This document shows positions 52,969-62,855 of a DNA stretch of 64,000 bases, in pieces. The notes under the pieces are model-generated. The model was not told where the DNA came from and did not search any database. It saw only the letters and a list, made by a program, of their open reading frames with translations. The stretch is from Octopus bimaculoides (lineage: Eukaryota): NCBI RefSeq assembly GCF_001194135.2, contig NC_068996.1:44619608-44683607 (forward strand), in the 5' to 3' direction. Each line of letters opens with the position of its first letter. Position 1 is the first letter of the stretch. The position numbers and the translations under genes are program-made.

Positions 52969-54160
52969 AAGAGTATATAGGTTATGAAGTAGATATTTCT
53001 CTATATATTTATGTTTAAGTATATATTGTAGGTATATATATATATGTATATGCATGTATGTGTGTACGTATACATATGCGCGTGTGCGTGTGTGTATATA
53101 TATGTATATATACATATATATGCATAAATATATAAATGTGTACGTATATGTGTGTATACTTTTATATATGTGAGCATGTTGTATTTGCGTGCATATTTTT
53201 GTATTTTTCTATATTTGTTTGCGTATCCATATGTGTGTATATTTGTATGCATATTAATCCTTATGTAATTTTATGTGTGCGTTTTTATGTGTTCCCTGTG
53301 CAAGCCATATGAAGTATCCAAATGTTGTTGGTGACTTTCGGGCGTCATTATGTAACACTCCCTGCCCCTATCTATTTTCCTCCTTTCTCTCTGTTCCCCT
53401 TTTTTTATTTTCTTATTCTTCTCCACTGTTTTCTTCCTCCTCCCCATATTTAATATTCTCTAATTTTTCTTTCTCTTTCTTTCGCCTGTAACAACTAACT
53501 TGTGTAAGCATATGCCAGGAGATTTTATATGCGCATATGTATATGTATATATATACATATATATGTATGTGTGTGCGCATTTGTATATAGATTTGTGTTT
53601 TGCCTATATATGTCTCTGTATGTATGTAGCTATGTACATCTGTATGTCTTAGTGTATATATGTATATTATAGACGGTTTGGTATGTATATATGTTGCAAA
53701 AATGTATATGTAATCCAACGTGAAAATTTTTTTAAACGGATATAAATTTTAATGTATTAATCGATTAATATTTTACAAATAATTATTTATCTTGGGTATT
53801 TAGACCCTATCCTTCTTTATAAGCTATTTTTAATCTAAGGTTTTCTTCGATTAATAAGATGATTTTATACCGAATTTTGTTCATTGCATGCAACCGGTTA
53901 TTGTAAAGACCGTTAGCTGAAACGACCAATGAAACAAAACCATTTTCAAATGTGTATCCATTAAACTAAATGTATATGTTTGCTTTGAACCTTATTTTTG
54001 TTCCATTCTAAACAAAATTGTTCTAAGAACGTGAACTTGAAACTCTGAGTAACAGTTTTTGTGATATTTGTGCTGCTTTTTAATAAAGTATATTACTCTA
54101 CCTCTGGTATTCGAGTACTATTTTTCCACCCTGTTTCGCATTTATGTGATTACTCTGGTA

Positions 54161-54258
54161 CGGCGGTACATATTCTAAAATTGGAACGATACAGAGACGA
54201 TTAGCATGGCCCCTGCGCAAGGATGACACGCAAATTCGTGAAGCGTTCCATATTTTTT
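54161..54258 (+). ncRNA. U6: U6 snRNA copy, 5'-clipped, probably a retrocopy/pseudogene
   Basis: Matches U6 from about nt 12 to the 3' T6 run (AAAATTGGAACGATACAGAGA-CGATTAGCATGGCCCCTGCGCAAGGATGACACGCAAATTCGTGAAGCGTTCCATATTTTTT) with about 4 differences from the vertebrate sequence as I recall it. The 5' stem is not recognisably intact. Confidence 0.93.
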
Positions 54259-54468
54259 GCTTGTAAATCTCTTTAATAACTCACAATAATGACTTTTATA
54301 ACTTTTATTCCTAGATCAGTTCATCTAATTGTATATACCTATCGTTACTTTTCATAAAAGGCCTTTACTTATTTTTGATTTCCAATGTGCATTTTCTCTT
54401 ATTTTTCTGCTTACTTTCCCCTTACATTTCCACGGCTAGTTTCTATTTTGTTTTCTAACATATTTCTG

Positions 54469-54502
<34 letters not shown>

Positions 54503-54924
54503 NNNNNNNNNNNNNNNNNNNNNNNNNNNNNNNNNNNNNNNNNNNNNNNNNNNNNNNNNNNNNNNNNNNNNNNNNNNNNNNNNNNNNNNNNNNNNNNNNN
54601 NNNNNNNNNNNNNNNNNNNNNNNNNNNNNNNNNNNNNNNNNNNNNNNNNNNNNNNNNNNNNNNNNNNNNNNNNNNNNNNNNNNNNNNNNNNNNNNNNNNN
54701 NNNNNNNNNNNNNNNNNNNNNNNNNNNNNNNNNNNNNNNNNNNNNNNNNNNNNNNNNNNNNNNNNNNNNNNNNNNNNNNNNNNNNNNNNNNNNNNNNNNN
54801 NNNNNNNNNNNNNNNNNNNNNNNNNNNNNNNNNNNNNNNNNNNNNNNNNNNNNNNNNNNNNNNNNNNNNNNNNNNNNNNNNNNNNNNNNNNNNNNNNNNN
54901 NNNNNNNNNNNNNNGTGTGTATAT

Positions 54925-55060
54925 GTATCGCTTGACAGCCGGTTCGGCAAAGGAGACTGATAGCTGATAGAATAGGTACCAGGTTTTAAAAACGTAAGCA
55001 ATGGGGTTGATACATTGGAGTAAAAATTCTTCAAGGTACTGCCCCAGCATGCATGGTCGT
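54925..55060 (+). mobile_element. SINE family A 3' fragment
   Basis: CGCTTGACAGCCGGTTCGGCAAAGGAGACTGATAG...GTACTGCCCCAGCATG. Confidence 0.65.
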
Positions 55061-55070
55061 AGTGTGTGTG

Positions 55071-55108
<38 letters not shown>

Positions 55109-55109
<1 letters not shown>

Positions 55110-56272
55110 CAGGCTGAGTGAGCAACGTTTTGAAACAGAATTCATCACAATATATTTTTTAAAAAGCGGAAATTTTATTCATCAAAGCAATTACCATTAC
55201 AATCAACACATTTTATACACGAGTTATAAGTTTGTTTATTCCGGTCACATAAAAATCTGGAGTTCTGAAACTGATGAACTCTTTGAACGTACTTTAAGCA
55301 TCGGTTTGATTTTTTAACTCTTTCTCGCGCAGAAAACCATGAAGGTGCTTGAAAAAGTTGTAGTCGGTAGCAGAAAGATCATTGTCTGGGACAGAGGAAT
55401 AGCAGTTTTCCGTTCATTTTGGCAATTTCATGGTGATATGTTTCAGCAGTAATGGTTTTGCCGAGTTTCAAGAAGTTATAGTGTATGTGTCCAGCATTAC
55501 ACTACCAAACAGTCACCATAACCTTCCTTTTGAAGAGCCCGGGTTTAGGGAAGGTTTTCGGTGCTTCATCTTGGTCCAACCACACCAAAGAACGACTTTT
55601 TAAAAATATAGAATCTACTTTTCATCGCGAGTTACAATATGATCAAGAAATGGATCGGTCTGGTTACGGAGAAGAAGCGACGAGCAAACTTCATACCTGC
55701 GCATTTTCTGATTTTCATTCAAATCGTGTGGCACATTTTTGTCGGACGTTTTTGATCTTCCGATCACATGCAAATGGTTTCAGGTTTTTTTCTGACTAAC
55801 TTGAAATTCTTTTGCCAGTTCTCGAGTGATCTTACGTTAAATCTTTCTCAATGACGGTCTTTAATTCACCATCATCGATGACAGATGGCCGTCCACTACG
55901 CTCACGAACTTCAAGACTCAGGTCTCCACTGCGAAATCGCTTAAACCATTTTCGAGCTGACCACTCACTGGTCATTTCCTCATCAGACGTTCCGTTGATA
56001 CCACGAACAGTTTCAGAAACTTTACGTCCTTTTTTTAAGTTAAATTAAAAATAAAACTCCTCGAATATCGCGATTTAACAGTTCCATTTCAGATGATTGT
56101 TACAACACTGAAAAAATAATATCGATGTTAATTTATTTATGCATTTGGGCAAGTCTATGTCTATATTATCAGACAATTGCAAAAATATGTTTTAAAAAAT
56201 TCAAAACGTTGCAAAAATCCGGTACAAATTGTTCATGGTACCAAAACGTTGCTTACTTTTTACTCAACCTGA
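55109..56272 (-). mobile_element. mariner element with TIRs and TA target duplication, internally deleted transposase pseudogene
   Basis: TA-TCAGGCTGAGTGAGCAACGTTTT ... AAAACGTTGCTTACTTTTTACTCAACCTGA-TA. Peptides include KWFKRFRSGDLSLE..RSGRP, and frameshifted TCDEK-like and PTDYxFFKHL-like motifs. Confidence 0.88.
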
Positions 56273-57080
56273 TATACACACACACACAGGCACACGCACA
56301 TACACACACACAGACCCCCCCCCACACAAAATAAGTATTGATCAAATGACAGATAATTTCAAGAAATGCCTATATATGACGTCTAATAAATTTTGTGAAT
56401 GTCATTCATGCAATACTTAGGAAATGGAGATAACGTCTTCGATATGAGATTACAAATTGGACGACAATTCTTTGAATATCGTCGCGAAAATCCATCAGTC
56501 GATGATGAATCGCAACTTTTACGAAACATAGTGAAAAATATGAAACAAGTACGAAGTGGCCATCAAAATTTAATATTGCTGAATTTTGCTGATTTATATA
56601 AAAATAATAATTTTGAACGTACTCTTCAATTAAGAATAATATAAAATTAAACAATCAATGCAAAACTCTACATGAAAAGATATATTAAAAGAAAATATTG
56701 TCCTCGTAAGGATGAAACTGTTATTCGTGGGAAAATTTGTGATTAAGAATATGTTTATCATAAAATCGAATTAATAATAGACATTACAAATTTGCTAAAT
56801 ATTGTCAATGCAATTATAAAAATTACAACTGTCATGATAATAATTTTGTTGATAGCATATACGAGACAAATGAATTACTAATTGAGGCTAATTTGCTATA
56901 TATTAAAAAATTGTATGAATAAATGAGAAATAAATGTTATATGTCGGTACAAATCAATAACAAATTGATTATATTCTAATTAGATTCCGGTACCACGAGA
57001 AGTTTAATTTAAAAACATAGAAAGTTATTGAAACTCCATCATTAAACCCTGTCTCATTAAATTAAAACATTACTGTCATA

Positions 57081-57407
57081 GGCGAAGGAGTGGCTGTGTG
57101 GTAGGAAGCTTGCTTCCCAACCCCATGGTTCCGGGTTCAGTCCCACTGCGTAGCACTTTCGGCCAGTGTTTTCTACTGTAGCCTTGGCCTGACCAAAGCT
57201 TTGTGAGTGGATTTGGTAGACTGAAACTGAAAGAAGTCCGTGTGCTGACGTCCCCGCAAACTAGCGGTTCGGCTCGGGAACATAAAAGAGACCGATAGGA
57301 TAGCTACTAGACCTGCAAAGTCCTGGTGGTCAATTTTTTCGATTGGGGGCAACGCTCCAGCATGGCCGCAGTCAAATGACTGAAAAAAGTAAGGGAATAA
57401 AAGAATA
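57081..57407 (+). mobile_element. SINE family A, internally deleted
   Basis: Intact tRNA-like head and 3' tail; middle segment missing. Confidence 0.88.
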
Positions 57408-57964
57408 TAAACATTTCAATTAAAAGGAGATATCCATTAATCTATTAATCTATTAATCCTTAAACAGAGGGGGAAAAGCGTTTGTTGCATGAATGTACGT
57501 GCTAAATGGGCAAGATGCAGAAAGAAAGAAAAAAATCTTTTTCTGAAGGGTAATTTTTATACTTAGGAGTAATGTTTATCGCCGTCTAAATCTCTTATTG
57601 AGATTTTCTTAACGAGCTAGTTTAATTTTTATTCTTATTTTCACTTTAAATAAGAAAAATATCAATAATAAACGCTAGTCTCACGCACAATAAAATTTAC
57701 AAACTCACTATCAAAAAGTGCTGGGAAAATATTCACTTTTCTATAATGATAGCCATTGATAATATCCACCGTTTAACGGTTAAATGGTAAAGTTGTAAAT
57801 AAACAACAAAACTTAGAAGCTATCGCTATAGAAGCTAAAATAGGATCAATCTTTTTCAGAACGATTTTTTGGAGCGTCTAAATATATCGTTGATATCTAT
57901 AATCAATAACATAACATATTTTTTCAGTTATCTTGGTAATTCGAAATAACATGAATATCAGTTG

Positions 57965-58250
57965 CAAAATTTGACACAAGCCAGCAATTTCGGGTGAAGT
58001 GCTAAATCGATTACATTGACTCCAGTGCTTAACTGGTACTTATTTTATCGACCCCCGAAAGTATAACAGGCAAAGTCGGCCTCGCCGGAATATGAACACA
58101 GAATATAAGGACGAGTGAAAATTCCGGTAAGCTGTTTTACCTGGTGTGCTAACGACTTTGCCAGCTCGCGGCCTTAAATAATACTTGAATATTGGTTTCA
58201 AATTTTGACACAAGGTCAGAAATTTTGGGGTAAGGGCCAAATCGATTACA
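57965..58250 (-). mobile_element. SINE family B plus partial tail duplicate
   Basis: ACTGGTACTTATTTTATCGACCCCCGAAAG...GCCAGCTCGC. The TTTGACACAAG tail is repeated at about 57970 and about 58205. Confidence 0.75.
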
Positions 58251-58509
58251 TACAGGTCACAATTCGAGTAAATCCAGGTATGAAAGCAATTTATAGGCAG
58301 ACTCCATTACTATTTTTAAAATCTTAAATGGCAAAAGACGAATTGTTACGTGAAATATTGAACTTTATTGTTGGACCGATCGGTTACAGTGAGAGGACTG
58401 TGCCAAAAGGCAAATTGGTTGGAAGCCAAACGGCAAAGTTTGCATCGATGACTATTTTGAAATCACCATCAACAAGCAGATGGAGATCAATACCCAATAC
58501 CCAGATATC

Positions 58510-58985
58510 TTCGTCTTTCCTGTTCTTTTATCATTTATTTGTTTCACTCATTTGACAGCGGCCATAATGGAGCGCCTCCTTAAATGGTTCTACTCGAACA
58601 AATCGACCCAGGATTTATTTTGCCCAGAGTTTAGTAATTATTCTATCGGTCTCTTTTTGCCGAACTGCTAAATTACGGGGATGTAAACACACCAGAACCG
58701 GTTGTGAAGCGGTGGTGAGGACAAATACAACCACAAAGACACACATACACACGCATATACAGACACACGCATATACAGACACACACATATACAGACACAC
58801 ACATATACAGACACACACATATACAACGAAATTATTTCAGTTTCCATCTAACAAAACCACTCACAAGGCTTTGGTCAGCCTGACTGTATTGAAGACACTT
58901 GTCTAAGTTGCCATACAATGGGACTGAACCCGGAACTATGTGGCTGGAAAGCAAACTTCTTGCCACGCAGCTACGCCCGTGCCTA
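58510..58985 (-). mobile_element. SINE family A, near full length
   Basis: Head GGCGTAGCTGCGTGGCAAGAAG, central (TG)-rich spacer and tail as in other copies. Confidence 0.85.
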
Positions 58986-59774
58986 TATAATGAAATAGTC
59001 CATATACTCGCGGATAAACAGTTCAGTCGATATAAAAGACGGATATTTTACGAGTAGAATTTATACAAGAATTCCGAAAATTGTGAAAGTATCCCTTTTC
59101 GGGTCAGCTGGTCATTTAATTGCATAATTACTTAGAGTTAAAAGATATTGCCCAAGGATTATTCTAATGCGCTCGGTAATATAGAGAAATGATAAGAATT
59201 ATTACTAAACAAAATAAATATACATCACGAGCTTATTTTTTTAAAGAAAACTTTTCTTTTTTTTAGTTTATGAAAATGTTAATATGATTCTTGACACGGA
59301 GAAAATATTATTTGCCAACATGACATGGCAGTCCTAGTCAAGGACGAATGTTGCTGTAATTTAGCCCCAGGAGATATCGTCTCGTCCTTATATTTTTGAA
59401 TAAGGGAATCTAGCACTCCCACTCAGCTCAAAACTATATCTGTATCTCGCGATTTCCGGGTTATTTCCCTTCATGAGCACGGATAATTGTTCGGCTAGAG
59501 GAACATGTTATGTTGGCAAATAATCCTTACTCCAAAGTACTGTTGCTGAATATCTCTCGTTGTGATATTTAAAAATAGTAGTTTTCTGATTCTTGACATG
59601 TTATAAATTGTCAGATCATTGAAGCTCTTCATCCTCCTACTTCGCTCTCAGTACCAAGGAAGGCTGACCTTTCAGTCGTTCTTGTGTCATCGTGCACCTA
59701 AAGTAACTTTAGATGAGCTTCAGTTTGATGAAAGTTCACTGGATAAATTCCACTTCAAGTTACAATATGCAGAA

Positions 59775-60250
59775 ATGTATGCAGTAGCAGCACGATAAAG
59801 GGATAGCACGTTGTCAACTTAATGTGACAGTATCATAAAAAGGAAGAATGCTACTGCTAGTTTCAGAGTCCTTGCTCCTCATCAGTCTAGAGTAGCAGGG
59901 CTTGCTAGCTTTCGATGCCTATCCGCCTTTGAAGACATATATATTACAAGTGAAATACATTATTTCTATTTTCAAAAATCAGTGAATGCATTTCACTTGA
60001 AATATATGTTTTCAAAGGCGGATATGTATCGACTGCTAGCAAGCCATGCTACTCCAGACTGATGAGGAGCAAGGACTCTGAAACTAGTCTCTGGATGTTG
60101 TCTTTGCTGGGTGGAGGTGCTTGCCTCCACTTTGAAAACATAAGGACACAGGAAATGCGTCAAATCCAAAAGGAAACGCTGTTTCCTAGGGCTAAATAAC
60201 AGTAGCATTCATCCCTTTTATGGGACTGTCACATTAAGTTGACAACATGT
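59775..60250. mobile_element. Hammerhead-bearing retrozyme-like repeat, head-to-head pair (deleted minus copy plus near-complete plus copy)
   Basis: About 59806-59945 is the reverse complement of parts of about 60005-60244. The minus copy has the hammerhead 5' half (59857-59891) cut after GAAACTAG. Homologous to 31038-31630 and 41770-41907. Confidence 0.75.
60053..60095 (+). ncRNA. Minimal type I hammerhead ribozyme, essentially intact
   Basis: TCCAGA-CTGATGA-GGAG caagga CTCT-GAAAC-TA-GTC-TCTGGA. Stem I is a perfect 6 bp, the CUGAUGA and GAAAC core is complete, stem II is 4 bp (closing G-U), stem III contains the palindrome ACTAGT, and the GUC triplet predicts cleavage after 60089. Confidence 0.88.
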
Positions 60251-60861
60251 ATCACTTTATAAATTATTTAGTTTGTGCATTTTGAGTGTATTTGACACAT
60301 GCATTGTCTTAAGGTGCCCCAATCCCCTTCTCATAGATTTTTATGGGATCTTCTGTGCATTTTCCAGTATTCTTGTGCATGAAATTTTGTTCAGTTTTCT
60401 TTCACCATGTTTCGATGCGTACAAAGAATGTATAGAATTCAGAAAAATCAACTAAAGCACCAAACCACTTTTCATCGCTGCCAACGAATAAGACATTTTG
60501 TTCAGATTAAGATTAAGCCTTACCAGAACCATTAAGAGATTTTCCTCGAGTGTTCCTCTTTGATTCATCATTGACTTCAATAACATTAAGTCTTACTCTT
60601 TCGTTAACCCTCGGTTTAATATGAGATGGATTATCTTTTGATTTCTTCAGCAACCGATTTCGCTAAATTTAACATTTGTGATAATTTCTCATGTAGATTT
60701 TCATTCAATATCGTTCAATTATCACTGTAGCTTTGTTGATATAATGATGGAAACGAAGGATGAAACATTTCATTACACGATAGATTTCATTAACTATTTT
60801 CTCGGCAGAAGTTAGTTTCTTTAATGCATCTCATTTGCCAAGATTGCAACTAGTATCTCAC

Positions 60862-60953
60862 GTGCTACTCAGTTTCTTCCATGGTTTGTACTGACTATTA
60901 AAGCGCGAATCAATTTTCCAAAATGCCCCTGGAGTGTAACCCAGCGCTGAGAA
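60862..60953 (-). other. Candidate 92-nt host-gene exon
   Basis: Long polypyrimidine tract plus CAG acceptor (TTTTTTCTTTTGTTTTTCTTTTCAG), then one open frame FSALGYTPGAFWKIDSRFNSQYKPWKKLSS(T) and a possible GTGAG donor. The other two frames have stops. Confidence 0.4.
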
Positions 60954-62031
60954 CTGAAAAGAAAAACAAAAGAAAAAACAAGCAAATTGTAAAATGCACG
61001 CTTCTAAAATATTTAACTACGCTCTCATAATGTGTTGCAGAATATAAGCAACATAACTTTGGTGAGTGGTAGGCACAAGGAGAATAAAAACACAGCTGAT
61101 CATCAACAAATATATACTGCCAAGTACCATTATAATTCCCTGGGTATATTATCAGCGTTAGTATTATAATTTTTTGACATGAAGCCTTAATAAATGTCTC
61201 AAATGATTATTTCCTCAATCAACCCTTCATTTTAAAATAAAGTTTGGAGATCATTCTTGAGCTACATATTCAGTATCACTTTCAATCAATCAACGGACAA
61301 TCAGCGGACAATACACGTCGGCTACTCTACATGACCGTAAACCTGCCTTATTCATCAGTGATTTAATAATATTTTGCAACGTCTAAATATTTTGAAGTTC
61401 CCGTCGGTTAACTAATGATGCGACGAACGATAAACAATTTATTATTAGTATAAACTAGCTATTAAACTGTACTCTTTTTTGAGAAGATATATATCACATT
61501 GTTGTACAGAATTTGATATTCTATATTAACTTTTCGCAATATGTCAATCGCAATAATTTATTCAATAATTCAACTATTGTTGTGTCTGGCTTTTGAAACT
61601 AATTATTTATCCAATATTACTGATTTTCGAAAGGAGCACTGCCACATGTCAGATAACAAATTGCATTTCGGTCACACGTTGATTTGTCACTTCTTTCGCT
61701 GTATATAGGTATCATACAATTTAATATCCTACATTTGGATAACATTGAAGAACAACTCCTAAGCCAGCAGGACTACTATAAAGAGTTTCTTTGCTGCTTG
61801 TCCTGTTCCAAGTGTGAAAAGTCACTGCTAGAAAAATTAATGTGATTTGAAACTTATACTTTGCTTGATAATGATGTAGTGTTTAAGTTGACATTTCTTT
61901 ATTTCTATGTTGCTAAAACAGTCTCTATATGAAAAATTCAGGAGTTCCTCTTAACAGTGATTCGAACACTAAACACAACTTAGTTTTAATTTCCTTTCAT
62001 CTATTGAACTTATCATTACTATCCCATAAAT

Positions 62032-62855
62032 CAATGGTTCTCAACCAGGGTCCATATAACTCCTGAGTGTCCGTATAAGGTTTTTTGGGGTCCATACAGC
62101 AAAATTTTAAATAGTATTTTAAGGGTACCTGAAAAAAAATTGCCTTAGATGTATGTATTGCATGAAGCAGTTAAACTTCTTTCCCTAACGTTTTACATTC
62201 TTCAACCTAGACAATTTAATATGAGAATTACAAAATAGGAATTTTGAAAGAAGTTTCTATAAAACTAGTTTTTAAACAACATCGAATGGCTATGGGGGTC
62301 CACCAGAATAAAAAAGTAATCGAAGGGGTCCATAGATAAAAGATACCTGAGAACCCCTGCTGTAGATGCATGTATTGGTATGCAAAAATCTGTTAGGCTT
62401 TTTCTTCTCTAACATTTTACTTAGTTCAACCTAGACAATTTAACCCATTAAGTCCCAAAGTACTTAAATTTCTGAATATTACTTTAAAATTTTTACAGAT
62501 GATTGAAAATAGGTTAAAATGGAAAAAAATAATTAATAAAATTCCTTTACTTCAAGTAAAAATGGAAATACTCGGTGTAAATAGGATACTGAGACAATGT
62601 AATATAGATTATTTAATGTTCTCATTTAGTGTCCTATTTATAGGACAGTGGGACTTAATGGTTAATGTGAGAATTACAAAATAGAAATTTTGAAAGAAGT
62701 TTCTACAAAACAATAGAAATTTTCATTATAGAAATTTCTAAAAAACAATAGAAATTAAGGCCTTATTTTATCTTCTTTCATGTTATTTCATTTTGGTCCA
62801 CCAGAATAAAATAATAAAGAGGTTCATGGATACAAAATGGTTGAGAACTCCCGCC
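62032..62855. mobile_element. hAT (Charlie-like) MITE 62032-62359 plus tandem partial duplicate 62370-62855
   Basis: CAATGGTTCTCAACC left end. Right ends are TGAGAACCCCTG and GGTTGAGAACTCCCG. The internal block CAACCTAGACAATTTAA...GAGAATTACAAAATAG.AATTTTGAAAGAAG is duplicated. Confidence 0.75.
62444..62661. mobile_element. piggyBac-type MITE with TTAA target duplication
   Basis: TTAA-CCCATTAAGTCCCA ... TGGGACTTAATGG-TTAA. The paralogous copy at about 62210-62245 shows the empty TTAA site. Confidence 0.88.

Larger units (their letters stand above)
50079..54060. repeat. Large interrupted foldback: left arm about 50079-51215, right arm about 51255-54060 with Penelope and SINE insertions
   Basis: Reverse-complement matches: 50150-50600 vs 53440-53910, 50590-51000 vs about 53000-53460, 51000-51150 vs 52345-52500, and 51135-51215 vs 51255-51330. 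Clearly diverged (roughly 80-90% by eye). Confidence 0.85.

Noticed and set aside
54151-54258. Functional U6 gene
   Set aside because: The 5' stem-loop is disrupted and the upstream DNA is repeat-like with no clear PSE/TATA. Treated as a probable pseudogene, though not excluded.
56399-56654. 81-82 aa ORFs on both strands, and 63626-63868 (-)
   Set aside because: No motifs, splice support or compositional signal; lengths are compatible with chance.
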